A DNA stretch of 64,000 nt from a virus (Duplodnaviria > Heunggongvirae > Uroviricota > Caudoviricetes), in IMG/VR virus record IMGVR_UViG_3300003155_000137, positions 46,629-110,628 of that record; one strand, given 5' to 3'. This document shows positions 38,147-49,169 of this stretch, one piece after another. The notes under the pieces are model-generated. The model had not been told where the DNA came from. It was given only the letters and a program-made list of their open reading frames with translations, and made no database searches. The stretch's first letter is position 1. Each line of letters begins with the position of its first letter. The position numbers and the translations under genes were made by a program.

Positions 38147-38665
38147 GTGCGAACCGATATGGTCTCTAGGAGAAGGATGGATGCCGGGTCCTCAAGGGCA
38201 AGGGCGCTGATGGACGCCGTGGACGACGACCTCACGCCCGACCCCGGTGGACTCGACGCCGACGGTTCGCTCGACCCGCAGCCCGAGCCGGAGCGCGACG
38301 AGGAGATGCAGGTCGTCGAGGCGGCCCTTCAGGGGGCGTCCACGAGGACGGTGTCGGTATTCCGCCACGATGTGGCGTTCCATGTACTCAACGTCAGGGA
38401 GGAGCTTCAGGCGCATTCGCTCGCCAAGGTGTCGCAGGACACCCCGGCCTACAACATAGCGCTGAAGACCGCGTACTTCGCGCTCGCGTGCGATTCGATA
38501 GACTCCATGCCGTTCCATGTGAGGATCGCCTCCGACGGCAGCGACGCCACCGAACGCTGGCAGATCGCGCTGAAGTACCACCGCCAGTTCGTGTCGAGGT
38601 TCTTCGACGAGTACGTGGCGGCGAGGGACGAGGCGACCGAGGCGCTGGAGGCACTGGAAAAATGA
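38147..38665 (+). CDS. Hypothetical protein
   Basis: ORF. Confidence 0.3.
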   Translation: MRTDMVSRRRMDAGSSRARALMDAVDDDLTPDPGGLDADGSLDPQPEPERDEEMQVVEAALQGASTRTVSVFRHDVAFHVLNVREELQAHSLAKVSQDTPAYNIALKTAYFALACDSIDSMPFHVRIASDGSDATERWQIALKYHRQFVSRFFDEYVAARDEATEALEALEK

Positions 38666-39021
38666 TGTCGGGCGGTCCGTCGGACAGGACGGTCGCCCGC
38701 CTCATGAGACTTGAGATGCTCGGCTCCCTGGGGGATTCCGACGCGGCCATGGAGATACGGCTGTTCCTTGAGCGCAGACGCGGACGCGAGAGGGACGACA
38801 GGGACTTGGACCTGGTGAAGATGCTCCAAGCGTTCATCAATCCGTCCATGTACTCCGAGGTGTACGAGGATGAGGTCAAGCAGGATCGTGCGCCCGTGCA
38901 GGTGGAGCCCACGGCGGACATGCTGGAGAAGGCCAGGAGGATGATGTCCGCGTTCTCGAAGGAGGACGCGGATCATACGAGGAGAGAGGCGTGGATGACC
39001 GATGGTGGACAGAAGCGGTGA
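38662..39021 (+). CDS. Hypothetical protein, possibly a tail assembly chaperone by position
   Basis: Position only: it lies immediately upstream of the tape measure gene. ATGA overlap. Confidence 0.25.
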   Translation: MMSGGPSDRTVARLMRLEMLGSLGDSDAAMEIRLFLERRRGRERDDRDLDLVKMLQAFINPSMYSEVYEDEVKQDRAPVQVEPTADMLEKARRMMSAFSKEDADHTRREAWMTDGGQKR

Positions 39022-41158
39022 CTGGACGCTGTTCGACGACGGGTCCCTCCCGGACCTCATAGCGGACGGCCTCGAACGATACGACGAGCGCAGGGAGCGC
39101 GATTCGGTGAGGGGCGACGACACCGTGGCGTCGAGCATGGTGTCCTCGTTGGCGTCCGACGATGCCACGACCGACGAGCTGAACAGGGTGCTGTCGTCCA
39201 TCGTCCAGTCCGAACGGGAGCGCCTGAGGCTCACGCGCGAATACAACAAGGCGCTTGAGGAGCAGACGAGGGCGCTGAGGGACGGCTCCCGCGAATCCAC
39301 GACCGCATCCGGTTCCCGTCAGCCATCCGGAACCGCACAGGCGTCCGGTGGCGCATCGGAGTCCAACCGCGAGCGCATACGCGAGTCGAACGAATCGAAG
39401 ACCCCGAACATCACGGTGGAGCGCAGGGAGGCCGACAAGGCCCAGTCGTCGTTCCAGTCCGCGATGAGGAACGCCGGGTTCGGTCAGTACGCCCGCACCG
39501 AGGGGCAGATATACGACACCGTCTCCACATGGATGGACAGGATCGCCACGGTCAGGGATGTGGCGCAGTATGCGAGAACCGGGGAGATTCCGTCGAGGCT
39601 CGCGGAGATAGGCGCTGTCGTCACGGCACCAAGGCCGAACGATGAGGCCGCCGATGAGGGCAGGGGCAGGACGGTTCCGGTCTCCTCTCCCTCATCCTCA
39701 TCCACCACGACCAATGGAACCGCAGGTGCCCCTGCCGGTGAACCCGTGGATGCGTTCCAGAACGGCATGGATTCCGCGTTCTCCAACGAACGCGCCAGAG
39801 CGGCCACCCATACGGTGTCGGAGTCCTCCCCCTCATCATCCTCCACCACGACCAATGGAACCGGCTGGACGCAGCCGACGCTCGACGGTATGGAGGGTGC
39901 CTCCGAGACGAACGGAACCGGCTGGACGCAGCCGACGCTCGACGGTATGGAGGACGAGGAGACGCAGCCGACGCCCGGGACCAACGGCAATCCGAACAAC
40001 GCCCGCCAGAATGAATCCGACGTCTTGTCCAGCTTGTCCAGATTGGTCGGAGGCATGGTCGGAGGCGGTGAGGCCGCAGCCGGTGGCAATGCGCTCGGGA
40101 CCATCATCAAGGGGATGTCAGACATCAGGGGCGGAGCATCCATAGCCGGAACGCTTGGAGGGGTCGCATCGGGTCTTCTTGGTGGGTCGGCAGGCATACT
40201 ATCCGCCATAGTGTCCCTCGTTCCGGCGATATGGGGTGGGGTGACCAAGACCACCCAGCAGGGATCGCTTCAGGGTGGTGGATTCCTTGAGGGGCTTGCG
40301 ATGACGGGAGGGAACTTCTGGCAGGACTTCAAGCACTTCTGGGGGGCGACGACCGCGGACTCGGATGACCTTCAGAGATATCGTCGGACCGCAAGCTCCA
40401 TGGGTCTCGACATCGAATCGTCAGAGGGAAAGGCGGTCATCTCCAATCAGGAGTGGGCCCAGAACAACGGACTTGATGCCCAGAGCGCGGCGACGATAAC
40501 AAGGGCGCTCATGGACATGGGAGCCTCCGCCGATGAGGCCAAGCAGTCCCTGAAGGACATGAAGAGCGCCACCAACGACCTGAACATGGACTTCAACCAG
40601 TTCGGCGGAACGGTGTCATCCATATCTGAGTCTGCAAGGAACTGGGGCGGCAATGTGGATGATGCAACCGATGCAGCCAAGTCGCTCTATGAGGAGATGG
40701 GCGAGGCCGGATACGACAGGACCGAGCAGAACGCCAACGCCATCCTGAGCTCCCCTCTTGCCACCCTCACGGCCATGCAGAGCGGGGCGAGCATATGGGA
40801 GGCCGCCAGCCCCGAGGGCATCGAGTCGTTCCTGTCGGATAATCCAGATGCGGCTGACGCCATGATGCAGAGGATGAACGGGTTCATCGGCAGGATGGCG
40901 TCCGGTGTCCCTGAGGATCAGCAGGATGCGTTCTCTGCCTATGCAAGACAGCAGCTTCTTGGTGGAGTCACAGGTGATGGATCTAAAATCACGCAGTACG
41001 GCATCGACAACTCCGGCTCGTTCGACATCAGGGTCTCCGTCGACGACGGCGCGGCCGCCAAGGTGTCCCGCAACGGCTCGATGCAGGCGGAGCTCAACTC
41101 CTCCACCGGCAACTCGTTCATCAACCTCAACAACCCCGGAAGGAGCGCCTCGCAGTGA
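39002..41158 (+). CDS. Tail tape measure protein
   Basis: A 718-aa protein with an internal 19-aa tandem repeat and a Gly-rich GxxxG membrane-like segment (GGEAAAGGNALG...GGSAGILSAIVSLVPAIWGG), in the tail module. Confidence 0.65.
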   Translation: MVDRSGDWTLFDDGSLPDLIADGLERYDERRERDSVRGDDTVASSMVSSLASDDATTDELNRVLSSIVQSERERLRLTREYNKALEEQTRALRDGSRESTTASGSRQPSGTAQASGGASESNRERIRESNESKTPNITVERREADKAQSSFQSAMRNAGFGQYARTEGQIYDTVSTWMDRIATVRDVAQYARTGEIPSRLAEIGAVVTAPRPNDEAADEGRGRTVPVSSPSSSSTTTNGTAGAPAGEPVDAFQNGMDSAFSNERARAATHTVSESSPSSSSTTTNGTGWTQPTLDGMEGASETNGTGWTQPTLDGMEDEETQPTPGTNGNPNNARQNESDVLSSLSRLVGGMVGGGEAAAGGNALGTIIKGMSDIRGGASIAGTLGGVASGLLGGSAGILSAIVSLVPAIWGGVTKTTQQGSLQGGGFLEGLAMTGGNFWQDFKHFWGATTADSDDLQRYRRTASSMGLDIESSEGKAVISNQEWAQNNGLDAQSAATITRALMDMGASADEAKQSLKDMKSATNDLNMDFNQFGGTVSSISESARNWGGNVDDATDAAKSLYEEMGEAGYDRTEQNANAILSSPLATLTAMQSGASIWEAASPEGIESFLSDNPDAADAMMQRMNGFIGRMASGVPEDQQDAFSAYARQQLLGGVTGDGSKITQYGIDNSGSFDIRVSVDDGAAAKVSRNGSMQAELNSSTGNSFINLNNPGRSASQ
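39854..39953 (+). repeat. Near-perfect 57-nt tandem duplication inside the tape measure gene (NGTGWTQPTLDGME x2)
   Basis: A 43-nt identical core repeated with a 57-nt period. An SSPSSSSTTTNGT segment is also duplicated at about 39676 and 39817. Confidence 0.5.
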
Positions 41159-42126
41159 CGTTCACGATATCGTCCGGCGGTTCCTCGTACACCCTTCCGC
41201 TCGACCCGCAGGACTGGCAATACAATCCGAAGCCCCGCCTCTCCACGCAGAAGACATTGGGAGGGCAGGTCGTCCAGCTTCTCGGGTACTCCGTGGAGGG
41301 CAGCTTCGGCGGACTCCTTCATGGAGGCATGGTCGGCAAGGAGCAGGCATGGAACGACATGTCGATGTTCCTCACGTTCATGTCGCAGGTCATGCTCAAT
41401 CAGAAGAACGGAATACAGACAACGATTGCATGGGCTGAGGAGGGCGTGTCGTTCGAGTGCGCTCTCGGGAACGTCTCATACTCGGAGGACCTTGAGACTG
41501 TTGGATATACCTACACCGTTCCATTCCTCAGACTGTCAAGATCGACTGCACTGAGAGATGCATCAACGAGATCGTCGGTTCTGAATCTGATGCTCACCCA
41601 GGTCGGCTTCACCGCAGGGGAGGCCGGATTCCACGGAGGCACCATGGGCACCGCCATGCAGTGGACCTATGACGAGAATGGGAGCATCACTGGAGGAGTG
41701 TTCGATGCATCGGCCATATCACCTGATGTGATAACCCCGATAACCGGGTTCTCAACATTCGGTCCGTCGGTGTCCCAATCCTCTGGAAACACGGTGGACG
41801 CCCAGCTCAGTCAGGACAGCTCAATAGCCGAGATACAGCAGTACGCCCACGACAAGGTCATTGCAATGGGGTGGACGGAGCAGGACTTCCAGAACCTCGT
41901 CCTACTATGGAATAGGGAGTCCGGCTGGAGATGGAACGCGGACAACCCGACATCGGACGCCTACGGCATCCCACAGGCGCTGCCCGGCTCGAAGATGGCG
42001 AGCGCCGGTGCGGACTGGGCGACGAATCCGAAGACGCAGGTGGACTGGGGCCTGAAGTACATACAGCAGAGATACGGAAGCCCGACCGCCGCAATCAACT
42101 TCTGGGATGCCCACAATTGGTATTAG
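41155..42126 (+). CDS. Tail protein with a C-terminal SLT-like lytic transglycosylase domain
   Basis: WNRESGWRWNADNPTSDAYGIPQALPGS resembles the SLT signature E-S...A-x-G-L-x-Q. The start overlaps the TMP stop. Confidence 0.55.
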   Translation: MTFTISSGGSSYTLPLDPQDWQYNPKPRLSTQKTLGGQVVQLLGYSVEGSFGGLLHGGMVGKEQAWNDMSMFLTFMSQVMLNQKNGIQTTIAWAEEGVSFECALGNVSYSEDLETVGYTYTVPFLRLSRSTALRDASTRSSVLNLMLTQVGFTAGEAGFHGGTMGTAMQWTYDENGSITGGVFDASAISPDVITPITGFSTFGPSVSQSSGNTVDAQLSQDSSIAEIQQYAHDKVIAMGWTEQDFQNLVLLWNRESGWRWNADNPTSDAYGIPQALPGSKMASAGADWATNPKTQVDWGLKYIQQRYGSPTAAINFWDAHNWY

Positions 42127-42162
42127 GAAAACCATTTAACTAAGTGCTGGCGCTCGCTGACC

Positions 42163-42172
42163 ACTAGAATTG
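42163..42172 (+). promoter_or_regulatory. Conserved motif CCACTAGAATTGATGGTGTATG (late-promoter-like, TAGAAT -10)
   Basis: One of at least 7 copies of (A/C)CTAGAATTG in + strand intergenic regions. Confidence 0.3.
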
Positions 42173-42179
42173 ATGGTGT

Positions 42180-43040
42180 ATGTGTACGGAAGGAGGGTGG
42201 CGTATGGGATGCGTGCTGTCGTCGAACGACGTCGCGGTGGAGCTGTATGTCGTCGCCATGTCCACATCCCTGTCATCCTCCATGCAACCGGTGCTCGGAT
42301 GCAAGGCGACATGGTTCGAGGCGTGGCAACCGTCCCAGGACACGCTGTCCATCACGTTCAGACAGCCGTCGGTGGATGCGCAGTACTCGGTGATATCCAC
42401 TTTGAGAAGGTGGGCACAGGGCAACTCGATGCTGTATCTGAGATACCCGGAGAGGGACATCGACTATCGAGTGGTCATCAGATCCATTCCTCTTCGGAAG
42501 AGATATGATGCGACGATGCTGGATGCAACAGTGACGTTCCAGCCTCTGACGAACAGATTCATCGGATCCACTGTCCCATATGTCTATACCGATATGGCCT
42601 ATGCAATGCTTGGATCGGAGTTCATCACCGATACGGTCGACGATGCCCTCTCGTTCGATACCGAGCAGCAGATCAGGAATCTGTTCACTCAGAATGCTCA
42701 GTTCGATGGATATCGAATCACCTATCTGAACTACCCGAACATCCAGATACAGTTCAGAAGAGTGGATAACGATGGAAGAGAGCAGTGGTCGAGCGTCTAC
42801 ACCGTGAAGATGACTCAGGATCTGGCACAGAGGCTTGCAAGAGGAGACGACATCCAGGCGTATCTGAAGGCGAATCAGTCTGCATCCATTCCGATTCAGA
42901 CTCCAGTGACATCTGGAGGGCTGAAGAAGCCCGATACATCTGGATCGACGATGGTTGGTGGATCAATACCTCCATTCGGCAATCCATACGATGATGGGCC
43001 ATTCGGAAGTCCGTATGGCAACGGACTGACAAGACGATAG
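42180..43040 (+). CDS. Tail structural protein (distal tail/hub-like by position)
   Basis: Position and size only. An ACTAGAATTG motif lies upstream. Confidence 0.3.
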   Translation: MCTEGGWRMGCVLSSNDVAVELYVVAMSTSLSSSMQPVLGCKATWFEAWQPSQDTLSITFRQPSVDAQYSVISTLRRWAQGNSMLYLRYPERDIDYRVVIRSIPLRKRYDATMLDATVTFQPLTNRFIGSTVPYVYTDMAYAMLGSEFITDTVDDALSFDTEQQIRNLFTQNAQFDGYRITYLNYPNIQIQFRRVDNDGREQWSSVYTVKMTQDLAQRLARGDDIQAYLKANQSASIPIQTPVTSGGLKKPDTSGSTMVGGSIPPFGNPYDDGPFGSPYGNGLTRR

Positions 43041-43050
43041 AGGGGTGTGA

Positions 43051-45807
43051 TTGATGTCTCTTGTGTCAGAGGTGTACTACTCCGGCGTTGAGGTGATTAT
43101 CGAGACCATGTCACATGGGGTGATCGATGTCTCAGACGATGTGAGATCGGTCAGTGTCACGAGGAGGCTCGATGGCATATCGACTGCATCGTTCACACTG
43201 GTCAACTACTCGACCTACTCGTCTGGAAGATACAACGGAGTCATCCATGTCGGAGACAGGATGCACATCGCCTTCATCAAGGACTCCCAGAGAATCGATG
43301 CATTCACAGGCAGAGTGTACAAGGTCCCGGTTGTCGCATATAACGAGTCGTCATACACGGTGGAGTGCCAGGATGTCATCGGGGATCTGAAGTACATCTT
43401 CTGGGACCCGTACTCACTCGCCGCCCAGCAGAGATACATGCTGAGCATGGACTCGATATCATCGAAGTCCGCCGAGTATGCCCAGACGAACAATGTCGGG
43501 GACGATAACGGCATAGGCATCATGCTCAACGACTTCCTGACGGCCGAGAACGGCGTATGCCATCTTCCATCGGATGCGGTGAGGATAGCAGCGTTCCCCT
43601 CGACCTCCGAGACGATGCAGGCCATCATCAGGATGACCGTCAGGGGCGACGTCAACACCGACGCCATGCTTGAGTCCGTCTACACCATGCTGTTCGGCGG
43701 ATCGACCATGTTCGTGGACGAGGACGACGTGGACAACGCCATATACGACGCCACCAATGGCGAGGAGGGGAAGGACTCCACTGGATCATCGGGATCATCC
43801 GGGTCGAATGGCCTGTCCTCCCTGAAGGGAACAGCATCCGATATGGCATCCGTTCTGAGAAGACTTCTTGGATCTCCGGCAGTCGATGCGGACAATGACA
43901 CCATCTCTGGAAGAATGAAGGTGAAGATAGACGGAATGGGCCCCGTTAACTTCAAGAGGTGGTCCGACATCGATGGTGCTAAGCACACTGGATGCTATGG
44001 ACTGACAAAGGGTCAGATGAAGGGTCATGCAGAGGTGGATTCTGCGGCACGAGACTGTGATGAGAAGACTCAGAAGAAAGCGATCATCTCGATCTTCAAC
44101 TCGATGCCTGTGAAGAACGTTGCGAAGAACGTCTTCTACTATCTGACTGGCCAGCATCTGTATGATGACGACAGTGGAAAGGAGGACAAGTACTTCTCAA
44201 AGAACGATGCTGGGCAGACCATCTGGGGACTGGAGCTCAATGGAACGAAGTACACAAGCAGGAAGAAGTTCATTGAGAAGATAGCGGATCTCCTTAGCGA
44301 TAAGAGCACATCCGACCTGAACAAGGGAGAGGTTCCAGCATCATCATCAAGAACATCTGATCTGAACAAAGGGGAGGTCCCAACTCCATCATCATCGTCA
44401 AGCACCAAGGCGCAGGGCGAGACGACCGAGAGCAAGGCGTCTCCGGAGGCGCAGGAGAAGTGGAACAGGTTCTCCACCACCTATGCGGCCGGAAGACCGA
44501 TATCGACGTTTGACGGGAATCAGTGCTGGTCGCTCTACTCGGTGTACAACAACATCATGTTCGGATGGGCCGCCGCATCCGGAGGTAATCTTCAGGGGTC
44601 ATGGTCTGAGAACGGATGTCTCGGTAATGGACCGTACTACACCCACGCCATAGAGGCGTATCCGGACGTGAACGCCCAGTATGTGAGGCTTGGGCCGAAC
44701 GACAAGGCTCAGCGCGGCGACGCGGTGTTCTGGTGGTATGGCCCCGGTTCCAACAACATCTATGGGCATGTCGCAATAGTGACCGATGATGATGGAACGA
44801 ACTTCACTGTTCTTGAGCAGGGACAGGGATTCTCCAATCCGAATGTCGTTCATCAGAACACCTACTCAAGATCAGATGGAAAGCTGGCTGGATTCTATAG
44901 ACCGAAGAATCTCGGAGGGGATCTCACTGGCTCATCCTCTGGATCGTCTGGATCGTCCTCTGGATCGGCGGAGGCATTGGCAGAGCAGTATGCCAAGAAC
45001 GAGACGTTCAAGCTGTTCAAGTACGTCATGCAGTTCGACCCACGGCAGACGCTCAACTCGGAGATGCTCGGCCCCGGAGACGGTGTGGACACCGGTCTCG
45101 CATTGGTCAACGACAAGCCGGCATTGGAGTTCGTCAGCACATGCTGCAAGGCATCAATGAGAAGCTACATGTCCATGCCCGACGGAAGGTTCGTCGCGTT
45201 CGTCCCGGACTGGTTCGGATGGATGATGCCGTCCAACGCCAAGGGTTCGACCATAGACATACCGGTCCAGGAGGTCATCAGCTTCAGGACGGACTTCGAC
45301 AAGAGCTCGTACTGCTCCCACTACATGCTTCTGACGAACGAGTCGTTCCCCGATCCCACGGGCATGTTCTCCAACCCGTTGAACCAGACGCTGAGGGCGC
45401 TGATCTCATCCGGCTTCATCTCGCTCCAGTATCAGGGTGACAACCTGATGAAGCTGATGGACATATCATGCACCGGATGCTCCACTCTTGACGATGTGAT
45501 GCAGAGGTGGGGTGTGAACGTCATCACGGAGAGCAACGAGTACATCATCGACCATCAGCTCACCTCGGTCTATGCGCTCTATCAGTTCCTGCGCTATTGG
45601 GCCAACTGCTTCAAGACGCAGGTCCAGATAACGTTCAGACCGGAGATCATCCCCGGACTGAGACTGAGGTTCCCTCATGCCGGGCAGTCGCTGTTCGTGG
45701 AGTCGGTGTCGCATTCATGGAACGCGATGACCGGCGGAACCACATCGGTGACACTTGTCGCCCCGGTGAACTCGAACACGGGACAGGTCGGCGTATCGGG
45801 AGGCTGA
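43051..45807 (+). CDS. Large tail protein with an internal CHAP peptidase domain (tail-associated lysin)
   Basis: The CHAP Cys and His are in GNQCWSLYSVY...GHVAIVTDDDG. Ser/Gly-rich linkers are present. Confidence 0.55.
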   Translation: MMSLVSEVYYSGVEVIIETMSHGVIDVSDDVRSVSVTRRLDGISTASFTLVNYSTYSSGRYNGVIHVGDRMHIAFIKDSQRIDAFTGRVYKVPVVAYNESSYTVECQDVIGDLKYIFWDPYSLAAQQRYMLSMDSISSKSAEYAQTNNVGDDNGIGIMLNDFLTAENGVCHLPSDAVRIAAFPSTSETMQAIIRMTVRGDVNTDAMLESVYTMLFGGSTMFVDEDDVDNAIYDATNGEEGKDSTGSSGSSGSNGLSSLKGTASDMASVLRRLLGSPAVDADNDTISGRMKVKIDGMGPVNFKRWSDIDGAKHTGCYGLTKGQMKGHAEVDSAARDCDEKTQKKAIISIFNSMPVKNVAKNVFYYLTGQHLYDDDSGKEDKYFSKNDAGQTIWGLELNGTKYTSRKKFIEKIADLLSDKSTSDLNKGEVPASSSRTSDLNKGEVPTPSSSSSTKAQGETTESKASPEAQEKWNRFSTTYAAGRPISTFDGNQCWSLYSVYNNIMFGWAAASGGNLQGSWSENGCLGNGPYYTHAIEAYPDVNAQYVRLGPNDKAQRGDAVFWWYGPGSNNIYGHVAIVTDDDGTNFTVLEQGQGFSNPNVVHQNTYSRSDGKLAGFYRPKNLGGDLTGSSSGSSGSSSGSAEALAEQYAKNETFKLFKYVMQFDPRQTLNSEMLGPGDGVDTGLALVNDKPALEFVSTCCKASMRSYMSMPDGRFVAFVPDWFGWMMPSNAKGSTIDIPVQEVISFRTDFDKSSYCSHYMLLTNESFPDPTGMFSNPLNQTLRALISSGFISLQYQGDNLMKLMDISCTGCSTLDDVMQRWGVNVITESNEYIIDHQLTSVYALYQFLRYWANCFKTQVQITFRPEIIPGLRLRFPHAGQSLFVESVSHSWNAMTGGTTSVTLVAPVNSNTGQVGVSGG

Positions 45808-45850
45808 CGCCGGGATACAATGGGAATAGTACGCATCGTGCGCGAATCAC

Positions 45851-48124
45851 ATGATTCGCGTCGTGGTTTTGGGAGGACGAGGGATGCCGAAGAGCGTAGC
45901 CGATTGGTCGAAGCAGATATGCACGGCTCTTAACAATATCGACCCGCAGGTCAGCACGGAGATAGGCGATCCGATCAGGAAGGTCATCGACGCTGTTGCC
46001 TCGGTGGCGAGCGCCGTGGAGATGAACGCCCAGGTCAACCAGAGTTTCTTCGATCTCGACTCCAAGTCGGGTGCCGACCTCGACGCCATAGCGTCATGGC
46101 TTGGATTCGGAAGACGTGATGGCATCAAGGCGGTCGGTGAGGTGAGGTTCTTCGTCGACGAGCCGGCCATCCTGAACATACAGATACCGGCGGGGACGCA
46201 GGTGACCGACGGCAACGTCGTGTTCGAGACGCTCTCGTCCACCGTCCTGGCGCAGTTCGACACGGAGGTCTTCGCAAGGATACAATGCACCACCGTGGGA
46301 ACGTCCGGCAACGTCAACGCCTACGCCATCAATCAGGTGGTCACCACCGTGTCCAACGTCGAGCTCCATGTTGAGAACCGCAACAACACGGTCAACGGCG
46401 TGGACGTCGAATCGGACGCCGAGCTGAGACAGAGAATCAGACAGACATTCCTACGCAACGTGGCGGGAACCGAGGATGCCTATCGCGGGGTCTCGGACAA
46501 GGTGAACGGGACCAACAGGGTGAACGTCATCGGCCCGATCGAGCGCTGGGAGGAGCAGATGGAGGTCGTCGACCTCTCGGAGGACCTCGGAGGCGGGGTC
46601 GGGTTCCAGTCGATGATCCCATGCTCGAAGTACACATGGCCGCGCCAGACCTATCTCGTGAGGGAGCCCGGAACGGACAACGAGATGGTCTACAGGGAGG
46701 GCACCGACTACGTGGTGGACAGTTCCTACGACGAGTCGCATCCGGTCGTGAAGATCCTGATGACCGACGACATGCTGAACCTCGACGGGCTATCAGGCCC
46801 CCAGCTCGACAAGGTCGGGGAGACGCTCGGCCTCCCGAGATACGGCGGGACCCCGGCATACGGAACGGTGTCGTTCGGGTTCGATATAGCGCAGAAGTCC
46901 AACTACACGATCAAGAAGGGCGCTCGCGTCCGCACGCCGTCGGGGGACATCCTGGTGACCCAGCACGACACCACCATCTATTCCGGCTCGCTGGGAAGCT
47001 CCGACGTCGACGTGCTGTCCCAGGAGTGCAAGCCGATATCGGTTCCGAATGGCACCCATCTCACCTACATCGACAGGACCGGGTTCGACGTCATGGTCGT
47101 CGAGGCGATCACCGGCGGCGAGCGCGCGTGGGACGACGCGACCTACCGCGGGAAGATCAGGGAGCGCTTCTACGAGCGCGTCTCCATATCGCCAGGGGAC
47201 TTCCTGTTCTTCAAGCACGAGTACTGCTCGAACGTCAGCAGGAACGAACCTGCGGAGAACCCTCCGAAGGTCAACAAGGTGGACGTGTTCGTCGACGGCA
47301 TCGACGTGCAGGAGATACGCGAGGTGTCGCAGATACAGTCGGTCACGCTGAACGACGATCCTGACGACATGTGGTACGTCGGGAACTTCTACTACGAGGA
47401 CGGCACCCACCCGGTCAAGGGAACGAAGATGGAGGTCCTCGGGTACAACCCGGTCGTATCCATCCCCGAGTCGGTCAACATCAACGGAGGGACCTACTAC
47501 CTCGGCAAGCACTACAGGCTGGTGAGGAACCAGACGCTCACCGCCGGAAGCACGAGGGAGATAGCGGGGATGGCGTGGGTTCCGGGGCAGGAGATGCCGT
47601 CGGATGGCAGCTTCACCGAGATGAGATATGACTACAACAGGACGGTCATGGTCACGGATGCACTACTGGACACGAACAGGCAGATATGCACCGACGTGCT
47701 GTGCCACGAGGCGCACAGGGTCGGCCTCACCATCAACGTGATAGTCCAGTCGGTTCTGGGTCAGTCGGATTCCACGCTGCTGGAGTCCATCAACCACCAC
47801 CTCGACGACTGGGCCAAGAGCACCCCGTTCGGCCAGTGGATTCAGAGATCCGACCTGGAGATGACGATTCGTCAGGCCATAGGTGTCGACGCATGCCGCA
47901 TAGCAACCCCGGACGACACATGGAGGACCATCAACCTCGGTGACGACGTAGGCCAGAAGGTCAAAAGTGGAATCCAGACGCACGAGACGTTCCGCCACTA
48001 TCTGGACGAGCAGCACGACGAGGACTTCAGGCTGTGGGACTCCATGCTTCCGACCATCTACAAGGTGAACATCGTGAGGACGGCCGCCAACACCTACGAC
48101 CCATCGTATCGACCAGAGCCGTGA
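45851..48124 (+). CDS. Baseplate-J-like / tail fibre-associated protein
   Basis: The N-terminal region (GDPIRKVIDAVASVASAV...DLDAIASWLGFGRRDGIKAVGEVRF) resembles the Baseplate_J family. Confidence 0.35.
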   Translation: MIRVVVLGGRGMPKSVADWSKQICTALNNIDPQVSTEIGDPIRKVIDAVASVASAVEMNAQVNQSFFDLDSKSGADLDAIASWLGFGRRDGIKAVGEVRFFVDEPAILNIQIPAGTQVTDGNVVFETLSSTVLAQFDTEVFARIQCTTVGTSGNVNAYAINQVVTTVSNVELHVENRNNTVNGVDVESDAELRQRIRQTFLRNVAGTEDAYRGVSDKVNGTNRVNVIGPIERWEEQMEVVDLSEDLGGGVGFQSMIPCSKYTWPRQTYLVREPGTDNEMVYREGTDYVVDSSYDESHPVVKILMTDDMLNLDGLSGPQLDKVGETLGLPRYGGTPAYGTVSFGFDIAQKSNYTIKKGARVRTPSGDILVTQHDTTIYSGSLGSSDVDVLSQECKPISVPNGTHLTYIDRTGFDVMVVEAITGGERAWDDATYRGKIRERFYERVSISPGDFLFFKHEYCSNVSRNEPAENPPKVNKVDVFVDGIDVQEIREVSQIQSVTLNDDPDDMWYVGNFYYEDGTHPVKGTKMEVLGYNPVVSIPESVNINGGTYYLGKHYRLVRNQTLTAGSTREIAGMAWVPGQEMPSDGSFTEMRYDYNRTVMVTDALLDTNRQICTDVLCHEAHRVGLTINVIVQSVLGQSDSTLLESINHHLDDWAKSTPFGQWIQRSDLEMTIRQAIGVDACRIATPDDTWRTINLGDDVGQKVKSGIQTHETFRHYLDEQHDEDFRLWDSMLPTIYKVNIVRTAANTYDPSYRPEP

Positions 48125-48244
48125 TCGGTGTATGATCGCCGGTGGTGCCGCTGGTTTCGGTGTCCACCGGCGTTTCGTTTTCCGAATCGGGATATCATTA
48201 GTCATGTCAACTGGACATATCAGGACAAGGAGGCGTCATCGGAC

Positions 48245-48544
48245 ATGTCGGAGGAGATCGATGGTGGGAAGTTCGTGTGCCCGTACTGCAAGGGCGAGGT
48301 GGATGCCAAGGACGTCGTCGAGTGCGACGAGTGTCTGAACGACATATGCGTGGGGTGCGCGACCATATGCGAGACGTGCGGGGAGCCGCTTTGCCCGTGC
48401 TGCGCGGACATCGCGGCCATCTGCGACGAGTGCGGCGTGGCGAAGGGGTTCTACGACCTGATGACGTGCCCTCTGTGTGAGCGTTGCATATGCCTCGACT
48501 GCATGTACGACCACCTGACCGGAAGGCACGCGGCCAAGCCGTGA
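48245..48544 (+). CDS. Cys-rich multi-zinc-ribbon protein
   Basis: About 20 Cys in 99 aa, in CxxC pairs. Confidence 0.3.
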   Translation: MSEEIDGGKFVCPYCKGEVDAKDVVECDECLNDICVGCATICETCGEPLCPCCADIAAICDECGVAKGFYDLMTCPLCERCICLDCMYDHLTGRHAAKP

Positions 48545-48629
48545 TGACGCCGACGGCGTGTCACTGCTTTCGTGCGTGATACAGTTGAATACGTCAAACG
48601 GACACATGGACACGAAAGGACAATCGGAC

Positions 48630-49169
48630 ATGGCTGGGAACAACGACTACGTCATCTCGTCGGGCGTCACCGTCACGATGAACGACGGCGAGGTCAGGAT
48701 GATTCATTGCGTGATGGGGAACGAGTCCATCAAGATCGGGGTCGACTCCAACGGGTATGTTGACAGTGATTCGTTCGGTGAGTACTGGTCGGTATCCATC
48801 GACGACCTTCCCGATCAGCTCGACAGGATCGCCGACCAAATCCGCAAGGTCAACGAGTTCCGCCACCGCTACGACAAGGCGGTCGCCAAGGTCGCCGGTG
48901 AGATCTCCAAGGCCATGCGTGACGCCGACCACGACGCCGACCCCGCCATCGTGGATGATGGCGGCATCTGCGACGAGTCCGAGACGTGGTATTGTTCGTT
49001 CTGCCGCAAGGAGGTTCCCGACGACGACATGACCCAGTGCGAGGAATGCGGCATCGACGTCTGCCGGAACTGCATCGCCGAATGCTTCTGCGGCGACAAG
49101 GTCTGCCCCGACTGTCTCACCAAGAACAGGCGGCTGGCCGATGATTCCGTGAAGGGCGGCGACGAGTGA
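48630..49169 (+). CDS. Protein with a C-terminal Cys-rich zinc-ribbon module (paralogous to the 48245 module)
   Basis: CDESETWYCSFC...CEECGIDVCRNCIAECFCGDKVCPDC. Confidence 0.3.
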   Translation: MAGNNDYVISSGVTVTMNDGEVRMIHCVMGNESIKIGVDSNGYVDSDSFGEYWSVSIDDLPDQLDRIADQIRKVNEFRHRYDKAVAKVAGEISKAMRDADHDADPAIVDDGGICDESETWYCSFCRKEVPDDDMTQCEECGIDVCRNCIAECFCGDKVCPDCLTKNRRLADDSVKGGDE